From: Candidatus Aminicenantes bacterium UBA647
GTDB lineage: Bacteria; Acidobacteriota; Aminicenantia; UBA2199
Assembly: GCA_002299555.1 (NCBI GenBank)
Contig: DBOL01000025.1
Location: 817-64,816 of the forward strand
Reading direction: 5' to 3'
DNA: 64,000 bases
The notes below the pieces were generated by a model, which was not told the DNA's origin, did not search any database, and saw only the letters and a program-made list of their open reading frames with translations. Both the position numbers and the translations under genes were made by a program. This document shows positions 9,253-19,200 of this stretch, one piece after another. Position 1 is the stretch's first letter; each line of letters opens with the position of its first letter.

Positions 9253-10407
9253 TTATCCTACATTCTTTATTGAACCCAGGATCTCCAATGAGATAACATG
9301 CCTTTGGATCTCATTTGTCCCTTCATAGATCTGAAGAAGCTTAGCATCTCTCATCATCTTCTCAACAGGATATTCTTTCATATATCCATATCCACCCAGA
9401 ATTTGAACTGCTTCAGAAGTTGTTTTCATCGCTACATCCGTTGCAACTACTTTAGCCATTGCAGATTCTTTTGATGCTTTCATGTTGTTGTCAAGCATCC
9501 AGGCGGACCTGTGAACAAGAAGCCTTGAGGCATCTATATCTGTTGCCATATCAGCAAGTTTAAAAGCATTATGCTGGAATGAAGCAATGGGTCTCCCGAA
9601 TTGTATCCTGGTCTGAGCATAGGCCAAGGCTTCTTCATAAGCGGCTCTTGCAAGACCAACTCCGCCGGCTCCTACTGAAGGCCTTGCAAAGTCGAGTGTT
9701 CGAAGAGCAATAATAAAACCAAATCCCTCTCTTCTAAGCAGATTTTTTGCAGGTACCTTTACATCATCAAAGTATAATTCAGTAGTATTTGAAGCCCTGT
9801 GTCCCATTTTATTTTCATGTTTCCCGGCGGATACTCCGGGAAGATCCATCGGAACTATAAACGCAGAGAGTCCCCTTGCACCTCGGTCACGGTCAGTCGA
9901 GGCAAATATTACACCAATTTTAGAGATACCACCATTTGTAATAAAGGTTTTTGAACCATTTAAAATATAGTAGTCACCTTCTTTCTTTGCTGTTGTCTTT
10001 ATTGCTGAATTATCGGATCCTGCCTCTCTTTCAGTAAGGCCGAAACATGCATATGTGAGCTCTTTCGTCATCGGCTCGAGAAATTCTTTCTTCTGCTCGT
10101 CATTCCCAAACAGGACAATAGGCATTGTTGCAAGAGTATTTGCCATTATAGATGTATACATCCCTGCACAGCCCCAAGCCAGCTCTTCACACACAACTGC
10201 ATTTTGAACATTGTTAAACTCAAGCCCGCCTAAATCTGCTGGAATATTTGAGGTTAAAAATCCTATTTCAAAGGCTTTCTTCATTACATCATGTGGAAAT
10301 TCATTTTTTTCATCGTACTCACCGGCAACAGGCCTTATTTCATTTTTTGCAAATTGATGTGTAAGGTCCTTCAATTCTACAAGGTCTTCGCTTAATCCAA
10401 AATCCAT
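9253..10407 (-). CDS. Acyl-CoA dehydrogenase (short-chain/butyryl-CoA type)
   Basis: CFGLTEREAGSD, TFITNGG, ARGLSAF and the C-terminal YEGTNEIQ catalytic-Glu motif. Size is 384 aa. Confidence 0.9.
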   Translation of the reverse strand: MDFGLSEDLVELKDLTHQFAKNEIRPVAGEYDEKNEFPHDVMKKAFEIGFLTSNIPADLGGLEFNNVQNAVVCEELAWGCAGMYTSIMANTLATMPIVLFGNDEQKKEFLEPMTKELTYACFGLTEREAGSDNSAIKTTAKKEGDYYILNGSKTFITNGGISKIGVIFASTDRDRGARGLSAFIVPMDLPGVSAGKHENKMGHRASNTTELYFDDVKVPAKNLLRREGFGFIIALRTLDFARPSVGAGGVGLARAAYEEALAYAQTRIQFGRPIASFQHNAFKLADMATDIDASRLLVHRSAWMLDNNMKASKESAMAKVVATDVAMKTTSEAVQILGGYGYMKEYPVEKMMRDAKLLQIYEGTNEIQRHVISLEILGSIKNVG

Positions 10408-10417
10408 GATAACTCTC

Positions 10418-12775
10418 CTATATCTTAATTAATTTTATATCATTCAGTATTTCTTGAGCACTTTGATACCGTTCTTCCCTTTTTTTGTTCATGGTCTTTT
10501 CTATTATATATACCAGTTTGTCCGGTATATCAGGAACAATACTTTTTAAAGATGGGAGCGGTTCGAAGAGATGCTGATAAAACACATTCTCTCCTTTAAA
10601 TGGTACACGACCTGAGATCAGATGAAATAGTGTTGCTCCGGTGGAATAAATATCCGTCCTGTGATCTGCATTGATTCCCTGAATCTGTTCCGGAGACATA
10701 TAGTACGGAGTTCCTGTAACAACCCCTGTCTCACCTTTCTTCTGTTCACCCCTGATTATGGCCAGACCGAAGTCCATGATCTTTATCTCCTTCTGCTTGG
10801 TAATCATGATATTATGAGGTTTGATATCTCTATGAATTATCCCTTTTCTATGTGAATAGTCCAGAGCTTTTAATAATTTTATCGCAACAAAAAGGATCTG
10901 GGGGATCGTGAATTTATTCTTCCTTCTGAGGATTGTCATGAAATTCTCACCCTCAATAAATTCCATCGATATAAAATAATCATCGTTAATCTGCCCTACA
11001 TCATAGACAGTTACGATATTTGAGTGGGATAGTGATGCTGTGGATCTTGCTTCAGTGAAAAATCTTTCAAGATTAATCTTGTCTTTAACCAGACTTTTAT
11101 TCAGTATCTTGAGGGCAACTATCCTCTGCAGAACTGTATCCTCCGCTTTGAAAACGACCCCCATTCCGCCCTCACCCACTTTTCTTACGATCTTATACCT
11201 TCCCTGTGAGTTATCGGCAACAAGGTCAATTTCTTTATACTTCTTGATCAGCTTTTCAACTTCCTTTATCTTCTGATGAATATCCTTGAAGGAATAATTT
11301 TCTGTCAATATACCCTGATAAATTTCGTAGGCTTTTTTAAAATTCCCGAGATTCTCTTCTGCCTGGCCAAGTAGGAAATACCACTCAAGGTTATTTTTAT
11401 TGATAGACTGATTCATCAACAATTTCCCGATCTTTTCAACAACCAGCTGAGGTTTGTTGTTGTTCAGAAAAATGCCGGCCATCTGAATAACAGCCTTCTC
11501 AAATCCCTCAGCTTCCATCTGGACTTTCTGGAAATTTGCCAGCGCCCTCTTCTCATCATCTACTTTCTGGAAAGATATCCCGGCATTATAAAAATCTCCG
11601 GACTTTTCAAACAACTCACCTGCTTTCTGATATTTTTTATATTTGAATGAGAGGTCCGCTGCGGTCTTCCAGTCTCTCCCGAGCTCGAACATTTTTGCTG
11701 CTTCTTCTTCATTTGCTGTTTTAAGATAATTATCAGCAGCAGCCAGATAATTCTGATTCATAAAATAACAATGAGCAGCTTTATCAAATAATTTGTTCCA
11801 TTCAAATAATTCAGCGGCTCTGATAAAATCATCTCCTTTGAGAAACCATTCTGCTGCATCTGTCGTATTTCCTCTTGCAAATGCATCCTCACCCCTTAAT
11901 TGAAAAGCAGTTTTCGGATTACCGATCTTTTCATACAATGGAGCTGCCATCAGAGGTAACTGAGCTTTTTCATACAAATTAGCGGCCTCTTCAAACTTCT
12001 CAAGCTTAACCGCAAGTTCTGCAGCTTTTTCAAACTTATTATTCTTGAGCAACAAGCTGTATGCCCTCTCAGTTTCACCAACTTCAGCCCACATGTTCGA
12101 AGCTTTTATAAGATCATCATCAAGTTCCGCCGCCCCTTTAACTCCGATCGAAGAGCCCGAGGTCGATTCAAACCATTTTTCAAAACAGAGAGCTGCCTTC
12201 CTTTTATTGCCTGATTTTTCATATATTATTCCGGCCTTTTTGTAGAACCCTCTTTTCTCATAGATCTGAGCGGCTTTTTCATATTTGCCGTGATTGTAAT
12301 ACAACTCTGCAGCTTCCTGATGCCTGCTGTTATTCTCAAGGAGCATCCCCGCTGTATCTATGTTCTTCCTTTTTGTGTAGAGTTTGACAAGACTGTCAAA
12401 GTTTCCGGTCTTTTTATATATCTCAATAGCAAGACTCTCTTTGTTAAGCTTCTCATAAAGTTCACCGATTTCGTTAAACTGGTTCCCTTCTTCATAAGCT
12501 TTTACAGCCTTTTTGAAGTCACCGATATCTTCATATATCTTTCCTGCCTTAAGGAAATTACCCTGCTTGATCGCTTTTTTTGCCTGTGAAGTGATATATG
12601 CTTTTTTGAAAAATATGGAATAAAATGTATCAAACAAGGACTTATCCTGAATATTTAATACCTGAGAAACTTTTAACCCCTCATACACTATTTTGAATAT
12701 CAGAAAAATTCCGATTAATATAAGTCCGAATTTCAGTAGTGGATATTCTTTAATGAGATCTAATATCTTATCCAT
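10418..12775 (-). CDS. Membrane-anchored Ser/Thr protein kinase with a long array of 13-residue helical repeats
   Basis: C-terminal Hanks kinase motifs: GEGGMGVVFKA, VALK, HRDIKPHN, DFGLA and TPYYMSPE. One N-terminal TM helix. Residues ~71-417 form the tandem 13-aa repeat. Confidence 0.85.
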   Translation of the reverse strand: MDKILDLIKEYPLLKFGLILIGIFLIFKIVYEGLKVSQVLNIQDKSLFDTFYSIFFKKAYITSQAKKAIKQGNFLKAGKIYEDIGDFKKAVKAYEEGNQFNEIGELYEKLNKESLAIEIYKKTGNFDSLVKLYTKRKNIDTAGMLLENNSRHQEAAELYYNHGKYEKAAQIYEKRGFYKKAGIIYEKSGNKRKAALCFEKWFESTSGSSIGVKGAAELDDDLIKASNMWAEVGETERAYSLLLKNNKFEKAAELAVKLEKFEEAANLYEKAQLPLMAAPLYEKIGNPKTAFQLRGEDAFARGNTTDAAEWFLKGDDFIRAAELFEWNKLFDKAAHCYFMNQNYLAAADNYLKTANEEEAAKMFELGRDWKTAADLSFKYKKYQKAGELFEKSGDFYNAGISFQKVDDEKRALANFQKVQMEAEGFEKAVIQMAGIFLNNNKPQLVVEKIGKLLMNQSINKNNLEWYFLLGQAEENLGNFKKAYEIYQGILTENYSFKDIHQKIKEVEKLIKKYKEIDLVADNSQGRYKIVRKVGEGGMGVVFKAEDTVLQRIVALKILNKSLVKDKINLERFFTEARSTASLSHSNIVTVYDVGQINDDYFISMEFIEGENFMTILRRKNKFTIPQILFVAIKLLKALDYSHRKGIIHRDIKPHNIMITKQKEIKIMDFGLAIIRGEQKKGETGVVTGTPYYMSPEQIQGINADHRTDIYSTGATLFHLISGRVPFKGENVFYQHLFEPLPSLKSIVPDIPDKLVYIIEKTMNKKREERYQSAQEILNDIKLIKI

Positions 12776-12941
12776 AGGTTAAAAAATTATATCAGACCTC
12801 CCTTAAAAAATCAATAAAAAGCAAGCGCCTGAAATTGACATTCTCTCCTTATATAATTATAATTTTTTCAGTTGCAAACACGACAATAGGGGAATGGGAA
12901 CAGAATGAATATCAGTGATGACAAAAAGGAGAGAACTGGAA

Positions 12942-14264
12942 ATGGATAAGATCTTAATAATAGATGATGAAAAAAACATTCAGGTTTCACTTGCATCTAT
13001 CCTGGAAGATGAGGGATTCAAAGTATATTTTGCATCTACCGGGGAGGAAGGATATGAGAAATTCCTTAACCTGAGACCGGATATCATTTTTCTGGACATA
13101 TGGCTCCCGGGGATCGACGGTCTGGAAACAATGAAGAAGATCCTGAATGACGACAAATTCCAGGTCATTGTTATGATCTCCGGTCATGGTAACATCACAA
13201 CCGCAGTTCAGGCTGTAAAGGATGGAGCATATGATTTTCTGGAAAAACCTTTAAGTCTTGAGAAAGTACTATTGTCTGTGAAAAAAGGGTTGTCCTATAA
13301 AAAAGTTTTGGATGAGAACAAAAGGCTGAAAACAATAATCAGCCAGAATACAGATGATCTCGAAGATACAAAAAGCCTTAAAAAAGAAAATACAGGACAG
13401 ATACAATTTGAAATTGATAATGCCGAATATCTTAAAAAGCAGAAAACAGTGGAACGTAGCAACATATTTTACGGAATAGGACTCCATTCAGGAGAAAAAA
13501 CAGGAATGTCGATCAGCCCGCTTCCAGTTGGAAAAGGGATCAGATTTGAAAACATATCTTCTCCCGGATATATACCCGCGAGGATCGAGTTTATTGACAG
13601 AACAAATTATGCTACATCTATCATGAAAGATGGCCTCGAGGCCAAAACTATCGAACATTTGATGGCAGTTCTTCACGCATTCGGGATCACTAACCTTGCA
13701 ATAAAGATCACCAAGGAAGTTCCGATCGATGATGGGTCCGCTACAAAATTCTGCAAGTTCATTAGAGATTCCGGTATCGTCGAACAAGACGATTATATTC
13801 CTGAGATCGTTATAAAAGAACCTATTGTCATTGGGGATGAAAGTGAGGACGGGAAATTCATAAAAGTGGAGCCGGCTGATGTTTTCACTGTAAAATACAC
13901 AACTGTTTATCCGGAACCTCTGGGGATACGGAGCCATGAGATAGTATTGAACTCTGAGGAAGATTTCGAGAATGATATTGCGCCGGCCCGAACATATGGA
14001 TTTGTGAGTGAATTCAACAAGTTGTCTGAACTGGGTCTGGTGGAAGGTGGTCGTCTCAACAATTTCATTCTTATAGATAACGGCAAAGTTCTCAACACAG
14101 AACTACGATTTGAAAATGAGATGGCGAGACACAAGATCCTTGACATATTTGGAGATTTCTATCTGCTTGGCAGGCCGCTAAGAGCAAAAATAACAGCCCA
14201 GAAGACAGGACATTCAGATAATGCGGAAATGGTGAATGCAATAAAGGAAAAATACCTGACCTGA
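12942..14264 (+). CDS. lpxC: Response-regulator receiver domain fused to UDP-3-O-acyl-N-acetylglucosamine deacetylase
   Basis: N-terminal REC motifs: IIDDE, FLDIWLPG.DGLE, MISGHG and FLEKP. C-terminal LpxC motifs: GIGLHSG, TIEHLMAVL, VPIDDGSA, ARTYGF, RHKILDIFGDFYLLG and TGHSDN. AGGAG lies 8 nt before ATG 12942, whereas the ORF track starts at GTG 12915. Confidence 0.85.
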   Translation: MDKILIIDDEKNIQVSLASILEDEGFKVYFASTGEEGYEKFLNLRPDIIFLDIWLPGIDGLETMKKILNDDKFQVIVMISGHGNITTAVQAVKDGAYDFLEKPLSLEKVLLSVKKGLSYKKVLDENKRLKTIISQNTDDLEDTKSLKKENTGQIQFEIDNAEYLKKQKTVERSNIFYGIGLHSGEKTGMSISPLPVGKGIRFENISSPGYIPARIEFIDRTNYATSIMKDGLEAKTIEHLMAVLHAFGITNLAIKITKEVPIDDGSATKFCKFIRDSGIVEQDDYIPEIVIKEPIVIGDESEDGKFIKVEPADVFTVKYTTVYPEPLGIRSHEIVLNSEEDFENDIAPARTYGFVSEFNKLSELGLVEGGRLNNFILIDNGKVLNTELRFENEMARHKILDIFGDFYLLGRPLRAKITAQKTGHSDNAEMVNAIKEKYLT

Positions 14265-14268
14265 CCTG

Positions 14269-15273
14269 TCAGTTTACGGTTATTTCTCCTGCAAGTGACT
14301 TCCTGAAATTCTTTTTAATTAAAGAGAGATTTTTGTAATGGCCCAGGAGGAACATCACCTTTGTTATTGCTGCCTCAAATGTCATATCTCCGGAATCGAC
14401 CGCACCGAGTTCAAGAAGTTTTTTTCCGGATTCGTATATTCCCGGATCAAGTTTCCCGGCCTTGGTTTCAGACATGAGGACAACCAGCTTCCCCTCAGAT
14501 ACCCATTTCTCTATTTTTTCTGGAATACCGGAATTATCTATCGGAATTGTGCCTGCACCATAACCTATAACGATTACTGCTCTTATGTTCTCTCCCGGTT
14601 CAAAACATGAATGGGAAAACCCGGGGAATATTTTCATAACTGAAACGGCATTATCGAACCCTTCAAATATATGAAACAGTCCGTCATGTTTTAGGATGTT
14701 TTTTTTGTAGACCTCAATATCTATACCTGTTTTAGCAAGCAGCGGGTAGTTCGGGGATGAGAATGCATCAAAGTGATTTATATGGCTTTTGATTGTACGG
14801 TTCCCTCTCATCAACTTGTCATCAAAAAGGATGGCCACTTCTTCAATATTCATTGTCGATAATTCTATTGCATTGATCAGATTCGCTCTTGCATCACTTC
14901 TGATCTCACTCAGTGGTTTTTGTGCCCCGGTCAGTATCACGGGAAAAGTAGGATTCATTAGCATATATGATAGTGCAGATGCGGTGTATGCAAGTGTATC
15001 AGTGCCATGAGAGATAACGAAACCTGAATATTTGTCCACATTTTTTTTTATCGTTCTAACTAGTTTTCTGAGATGGTCTGTCGTTAATTCTGAACTATCG
15101 ATCATATAAGGTATCTCTATGTCAATATCAGCTATTTCCGATAATTCAGGAATAAATCCGGTCAGGCTGTCGTAAAGTTTATCAGTTCTCAGGGTGCCTG
15201 AGTCGTCATCCCTCGACATACCTAACGTACCACCGGTGTGAATTAGAAGGACCTTTTTACTCATTCGGAGCAC
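14269..15273 (-). CDS. ansA: L-asparaginase, type I (cytoplasmic)
   Basis: Asparaginase/glutaminase active-site signatures LIHTGGTLGM and SHGTDTL. Size is 334 aa. Confidence 0.85.
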   Translation of the reverse strand: MLRMSKKVLLIHTGGTLGMSRDDDSGTLRTDKLYDSLTGFIPELSEIADIDIEIPYMIDSSELTTDHLRKLVRTIKKNVDKYSGFVISHGTDTLAYTASALSYMLMNPTFPVILTGAQKPLSEIRSDARANLINAIELSTMNIEEVAILFDDKLMRGNRTIKSHINHFDAFSSPNYPLLAKTGIDIEVYKKNILKHDGLFHIFEGFDNAVSVMKIFPGFSHSCFEPGENIRAVIVIGYGAGTIPIDNSGIPEKIEKWVSEGKLVVLMSETKAGKLDPGIYESGKKLLELGAVDSGDMTFEAAITKVMFLLGHYKNLSLIKKNFRKSLAGEITVN

Positions 15274-15516
15274 CTATTCATCAAAGCTCTTATTAAACAG
15301 ATCTTCAGCTTTTTTTTTCTTTTCTTCTTCCAGTTTTTTTGCTGAACTAAAAGTTTCCTCGGTAGATTCCTTTTTTTTCTTCTCCTTTGCCAGAAGATCT
15401 TCAAAAGAACTCAATTGTTTCTTACCCTTCTTATGCTGAACAACCTCTCTTTTATCCACATCTATCCAGAGACTGAAATTGCACTTTGGACAAGTTACTT
15501 CGATAATATTTCCCAT
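15274..15516 (-). CDS. Small zinc-ribbon protein with Lys/Glu-rich tail
   Basis: The only recognisable element is CPKC. The C-terminus is a highly charged, coiled-coil-like stretch. It abuts ansA with no gap on the same strand. Confidence 0.45.
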   Translation of the reverse strand: MGNIIEVTCPKCNFSLWIDVDKREVVQHKKGKKQLSSFEDLLAKEKKKKESTEETFSSAKKLEEEKKKKAEDLFNKSFDE

Positions 15517-15628
15517 GCAAGTATTTTAGAATATGTACGGTCCGAATTCAATACTGTTAAAAATCTTACGAATACAAGGTAAAACATAGTAATGATACGG
15601 AACTTCCGGTTTTGTGATACAATATATT

Positions 15629-17809
15629 ATGCTTAAGACCATTCATAAAATAGTTGTTTTTTCACTCCTGATTAATCTATTTGTAAACCTGTCTGCCCTG
15701 GATCAAAAGAAGATAGATGTAGTCAGGATAGACTCAAGTCCTAAAATGGACGGACTCCTCGATGATAAAGTGTGGGAGAAAGTTCCTGTTTCCACCAATT
15801 TCAGAATGATAATTCCCGAGACCGGGAAAGAACCTTCCGAAAGAACCGAACTTAGAATTGCATATACATACAGATCTCTTTACATTGGTTTAAAATGTTA
15901 TTCATCAGAACCGAAAAAAATTTCCGTTAATACGCTTAAATATGATCAGCATGGACGGTGGTCCAATGGAGATGATATTGTCAGAATCCTGATCGATCCA
16001 TTTCTGGATATGAGAAATGCTTATGTTTTTATAGTCAACCCGAAAGGTGCAAGGACAGACGGCCTGGCGTCAGGTGAACATTTCAGTTCAAATTGGGATG
16101 GAATATGGGATGCAGCTACCTCGATGAACGGGGATAGCTGGAGTGCTGAAATAGAGATACCTTTCAAAACCCTTACTTTCAACTCCGAAATAAAAAAATG
16201 GGGTATTAATGTAGAAAGATATATTGCGCGAAAAATGGAGACCATAAGGCTGAGCGGTATAAGTAAGGACAGTTTTTTCTACAACCCTTCAATTGCTGCA
16301 AAGGCCGGGGATTTCATCGGATTAAAACAGGGGCTGGGACTCACATTCAAACCATACATGATCCTATCCACTGTGAAAAACATCTCTGAAGGGACAGAGC
16401 GGAAATGGAAACTCGATGGAGGTTTTGATCTTTATAAGAATTTCACATCCAATCTGGTTGGAGTTTTTACATACAATACAGATTTTGCAGAAACTGAAGT
16501 TGATGAGAGGAGGATAAACCTCACAAGGTTCTCTCTTTACTATCCTGAAAAAAGGTCTTTTTTTCTTGAAGGATCAGATATTTTTTCATTCGGGAGCGGA
16601 CTACATAGAACATTCGTACCATTCTTCTCAAGATCAATTGGAATATACGATTCCGAATATATTGTCCCTATCGATTATGGGATGAAAGTTTTCGGAAAAG
16701 TCGGAAAAACAAATCTGGCGCTGCTGAATGTTAAGACCAGGGACAGTGAGTGGATCCCCGGTAATAATTTTATCGCAGGAAGGGTGTACCAGAATATTTT
16801 TGCCCAGAGTAAAGCAGGGATGATTTTCACAAAAGGAGATCCGGACAGTATTGAAGATAATTCCATGCTTGGTTTTGATTTCAATTTTTCTACTTCAAAA
16901 TTTTTAAAGAATAAGAACCTAATGGCCGGTGGCTGGTGGGTATACAATTGGAACTCCATAAAAGAAGGCAAGCATTACGGATATGGTTTTAAGATAGATT
17001 ATCCTAATGATCTGTGGAATATGGCATTTACATATAATTTTTTCGGAGATTCTCTGGAACCCGGATTGTCATATCTTCCCAGAAATGGAGTTCACAAGAT
17101 CAGCCCTATGGTCCAATTCAAACCGAGGCCGGAAAGGGGATTTGTCGGAAAAATGGTCCGCCAATTTTACTTCGAATTTTTCGGTTCCATATATCTCGAC
17201 CTGGAGGGCAAAGTGATCTCATCCAGGATCTTTACTGCACCGATAAACTTCAGAACAGAATCCGGAGATCATTTTGAGTTCAATATAATCCCGGAGAAAG
17301 AGGTTTTAGATGAACCTTTTGAACTTTCGGAAGATATAATTTTTCCTGTAGCTGAATACTCCCACACCCGATTCAGAGCTCAATTCCATTCTGCTTCTCA
17401 CAGGAAGGTCGATCTGGCTGTAAATTATACATTTGGAAGTTTCTACTCCGGAGATCTTTCGGAATTAAAGATCGGATCCTCTTACAAGCATGGTGGAAAT
17501 TTTAAGGCCGATGTTAGTGCTCTTTTTCTCAGAGGGGACTTCCCGGAAGGCAAATACAGTAAAAACCTTTTCAGATTAAGCGGTGATTTTTTCCTTAACC
17601 CAGACATGGGCATTATAGGATTACTCCAATTCGATGATGATTCAAATGAGATGGGAGTAAATCTCAGATTCAAATGGAGAATATCCCCCGGAAACGTAGT
17701 CTATCTTGTATATAACAAGAATTGGGAAAGGATCTGGGACCCTGCAGCAAGATTTCAAATGATAAATGATCTGGGTATATTCAAACTCCAATTCAGTATC
17801 AGGCCCTGA
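15629..17809 (+). CDS. CBM9-like / DUF5916-type large secreted or outer-membrane protein
   Basis: Signal peptide, then DG.LDD.VW......F....P..G..PSERTE..I.Y....LYIG, as in carbohydrate-binding-family-9 plus DUF5916 proteins. The C-terminal half is beta-rich and ends ..KLQFSIRP. I prefer ATG 15629 to GTG 15614. Confidence 0.5.
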   Translation: MLKTIHKIVVFSLLINLFVNLSALDQKKIDVVRIDSSPKMDGLLDDKVWEKVPVSTNFRMIIPETGKEPSERTELRIAYTYRSLYIGLKCYSSEPKKISVNTLKYDQHGRWSNGDDIVRILIDPFLDMRNAYVFIVNPKGARTDGLASGEHFSSNWDGIWDAATSMNGDSWSAEIEIPFKTLTFNSEIKKWGINVERYIARKMETIRLSGISKDSFFYNPSIAAKAGDFIGLKQGLGLTFKPYMILSTVKNISEGTERKWKLDGGFDLYKNFTSNLVGVFTYNTDFAETEVDERRINLTRFSLYYPEKRSFFLEGSDIFSFGSGLHRTFVPFFSRSIGIYDSEYIVPIDYGMKVFGKVGKTNLALLNVKTRDSEWIPGNNFIAGRVYQNIFAQSKAGMIFTKGDPDSIEDNSMLGFDFNFSTSKFLKNKNLMAGGWWVYNWNSIKEGKHYGYGFKIDYPNDLWNMAFTYNFFGDSLEPGLSYLPRNGVHKISPMVQFKPRPERGFVGKMVRQFYFEFFGSIYLDLEGKVISSRIFTAPINFRTESGDHFEFNIIPEKEVLDEPFELSEDIIFPVAEYSHTRFRAQFHSASHRKVDLAVNYTFGSFYSGDLSELKIGSSYKHGGNFKADVSALFLRGDFPEGKYSKNLFRLSGDFFLNPDMGIIGLLQFDDDSNEMGVNLRFKWRISPGNVVYLVYNKNWERIWDPAARFQMINDLGIFKLQFSIRP

Positions 17810-17826
17810 AAAAGAATAAAAAAATC

Positions 17827-19200
17827 TTAATATTTATAATCTGTCAGGAAAATTCTCTCATTCGTTTTCCATGCTCCCCTGGTGAAATTAGGAAATGCCA
17901 CCGGTTTCCCATTTGAAGCAACAGATATTTCAGATAAGTGGGAAATACTGCTCCAAAGCGCGGCATCATAAACATCCATGTCGGGGAGACGTCCTTTCTG
18001 CAAGGCATCGATCAGTCTGTGATCCTCGAGGTAATCCATCCCGCCATGGCCTGCCCCCGTCGCACTTTCACCCATCTCCTTCCAGAGCGGATGTTTATAG
18101 TCATGTAGATATCTGTCAAAATCCTCCCACTTGTCATCTGTCCAGCTCAAACCCTCAATATATATCCTGTCGGGATATCCTTCAAAAATTCCCTTCGTAC
18201 CCTGGATCATATTTATTCTGCTATAAGGCCTGGGAAGATTGCAATCATGATACAAAGTTATAGTCTCACCATTATATGTTTTAATCAGGCTTACATTTAC
18301 ATCACCAAGTTTGTACTTCATTTTTGCCTGTGGACTATCTTTCCCGAATTTTTTATTAGCAAATTCAGTAAGGCCCCGGGACTTTGAGCTCATGGATATC
18401 ATATAGTCAAAATTATTCCCCCTGTTGATATCCATACACTCAGCAATAGGTCCAAGTCCATGGGTCGGGTAAAGGTTGCCGTCCCTTTTTTCAGAATGAT
18501 CGATCCTCCACAATCCTTCTCCTTTATCACTGAACTTAATTGCTCTCAGATCATGAAGATATCCACCGGCACCATGGATCAATTCTCCGAACAACCCCTT
18601 TCTAACCATATTCAACACAACGAGCTCACTCCTGTCATAGCAACAATTTTCCAGCATTACACAATACTTCCCCTCTTTCTCTGCTGTTTCAACCAACTCC
18701 CAACATCCATCCAATGTTAAGGCTGCAGGGACTTCAATGGCCATATGCTTGCCGGATCTCATCGCAGCAACAGCAACAGGGACATGCCATTTCCATGGAG
18801 TTGCAGTTATAACCAGATCCAGGTCATCTCTCTCACACATCCGCTTAAAATCAAATTTTCCTTTCGTATAACCTGCCGGCTTTTCAAATCCCGCTTCAAC
18901 ACACAATTCCTGTATCCGCTCTACCTTTTCAGGAACAATATCGCACACAGCCCTTATCTCCGCGCCTGGAATTCCAAGAAAATTCCTGCAATGTGCAGAG
19001 CCCATTCCCCCTACACCTACAAATCCGATCCTGACGTTTTCAATAGGCGGGTTTTTTTTTACTCCCGGTTGAGTTAAAAGATTTTTTCTCTTTTCAGCAA
19101 GCAGCGGGGACATTACAACACCGGCTCCCAAAATTGAACTTTTCTTTATGAACTCTCTCCTGTCCATTTTGCCTTGTCCATTCTTCTTCATATCATTCAT
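17827..19200 (-). CDS. Gfo/Idh/MocA-family NAD-binding oxidoreductase with twin-arginine signal (GH109-like)
   Basis: Tat-type signal DRREFIKKSSILGAGVV, then the Rossmann motif IGFVGVGGMGSAH. GGAGG lies 7 nt before ATG 19200; the ORF track is extended to 19245. Confidence 0.75.
   Translation of the reverse strand: MNDMKKNGQGKMDRREFIKKSSILGAGVVMSPLLAEKRKNLLTQPGVKKNPPIENVRIGFVGVGGMGSAHCRNFLGIPGAEIRAVCDIVPEKVERIQELCVEAGFEKPAGYTKGKFDFKRMCERDDLDLVITATPWKWHVPVAVAAMRSGKHMAIEVPAALTLDGCWELVETAEKEGKYCVMLENCCYDRSELVVLNMVRKGLFGELIHGAGGYLHDLRAIKFSDKGEGLWRIDHSEKRDGNLYPTHGLGPIAECMDINRGNNFDYMISMSSKSRGLTEFANKKFGKDSPQAKMKYKLGDVNVSLIKTYNGETITLYHDCNLPRPYSRINMIQGTKGIFEGYPDRIYIEGLSWTDDKWEDFDRYLHDYKHPLWKEMGESATGAGHGGMDYLEDHRLIDALQKGRLPDMDVYDAALWSSISHLSEISVASNGKPVAFPNFTRGAWKTNERIFLTDYKY

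Noticed and set aside
13488-13937. 149 aa minus-strand ORF, plus smaller ones at 12980-13487 and 13907-14146
   Set aside because: These are antisense to the REC-LpxC gene, whose frame carries conserved catalytic motifs. They have no independent support.
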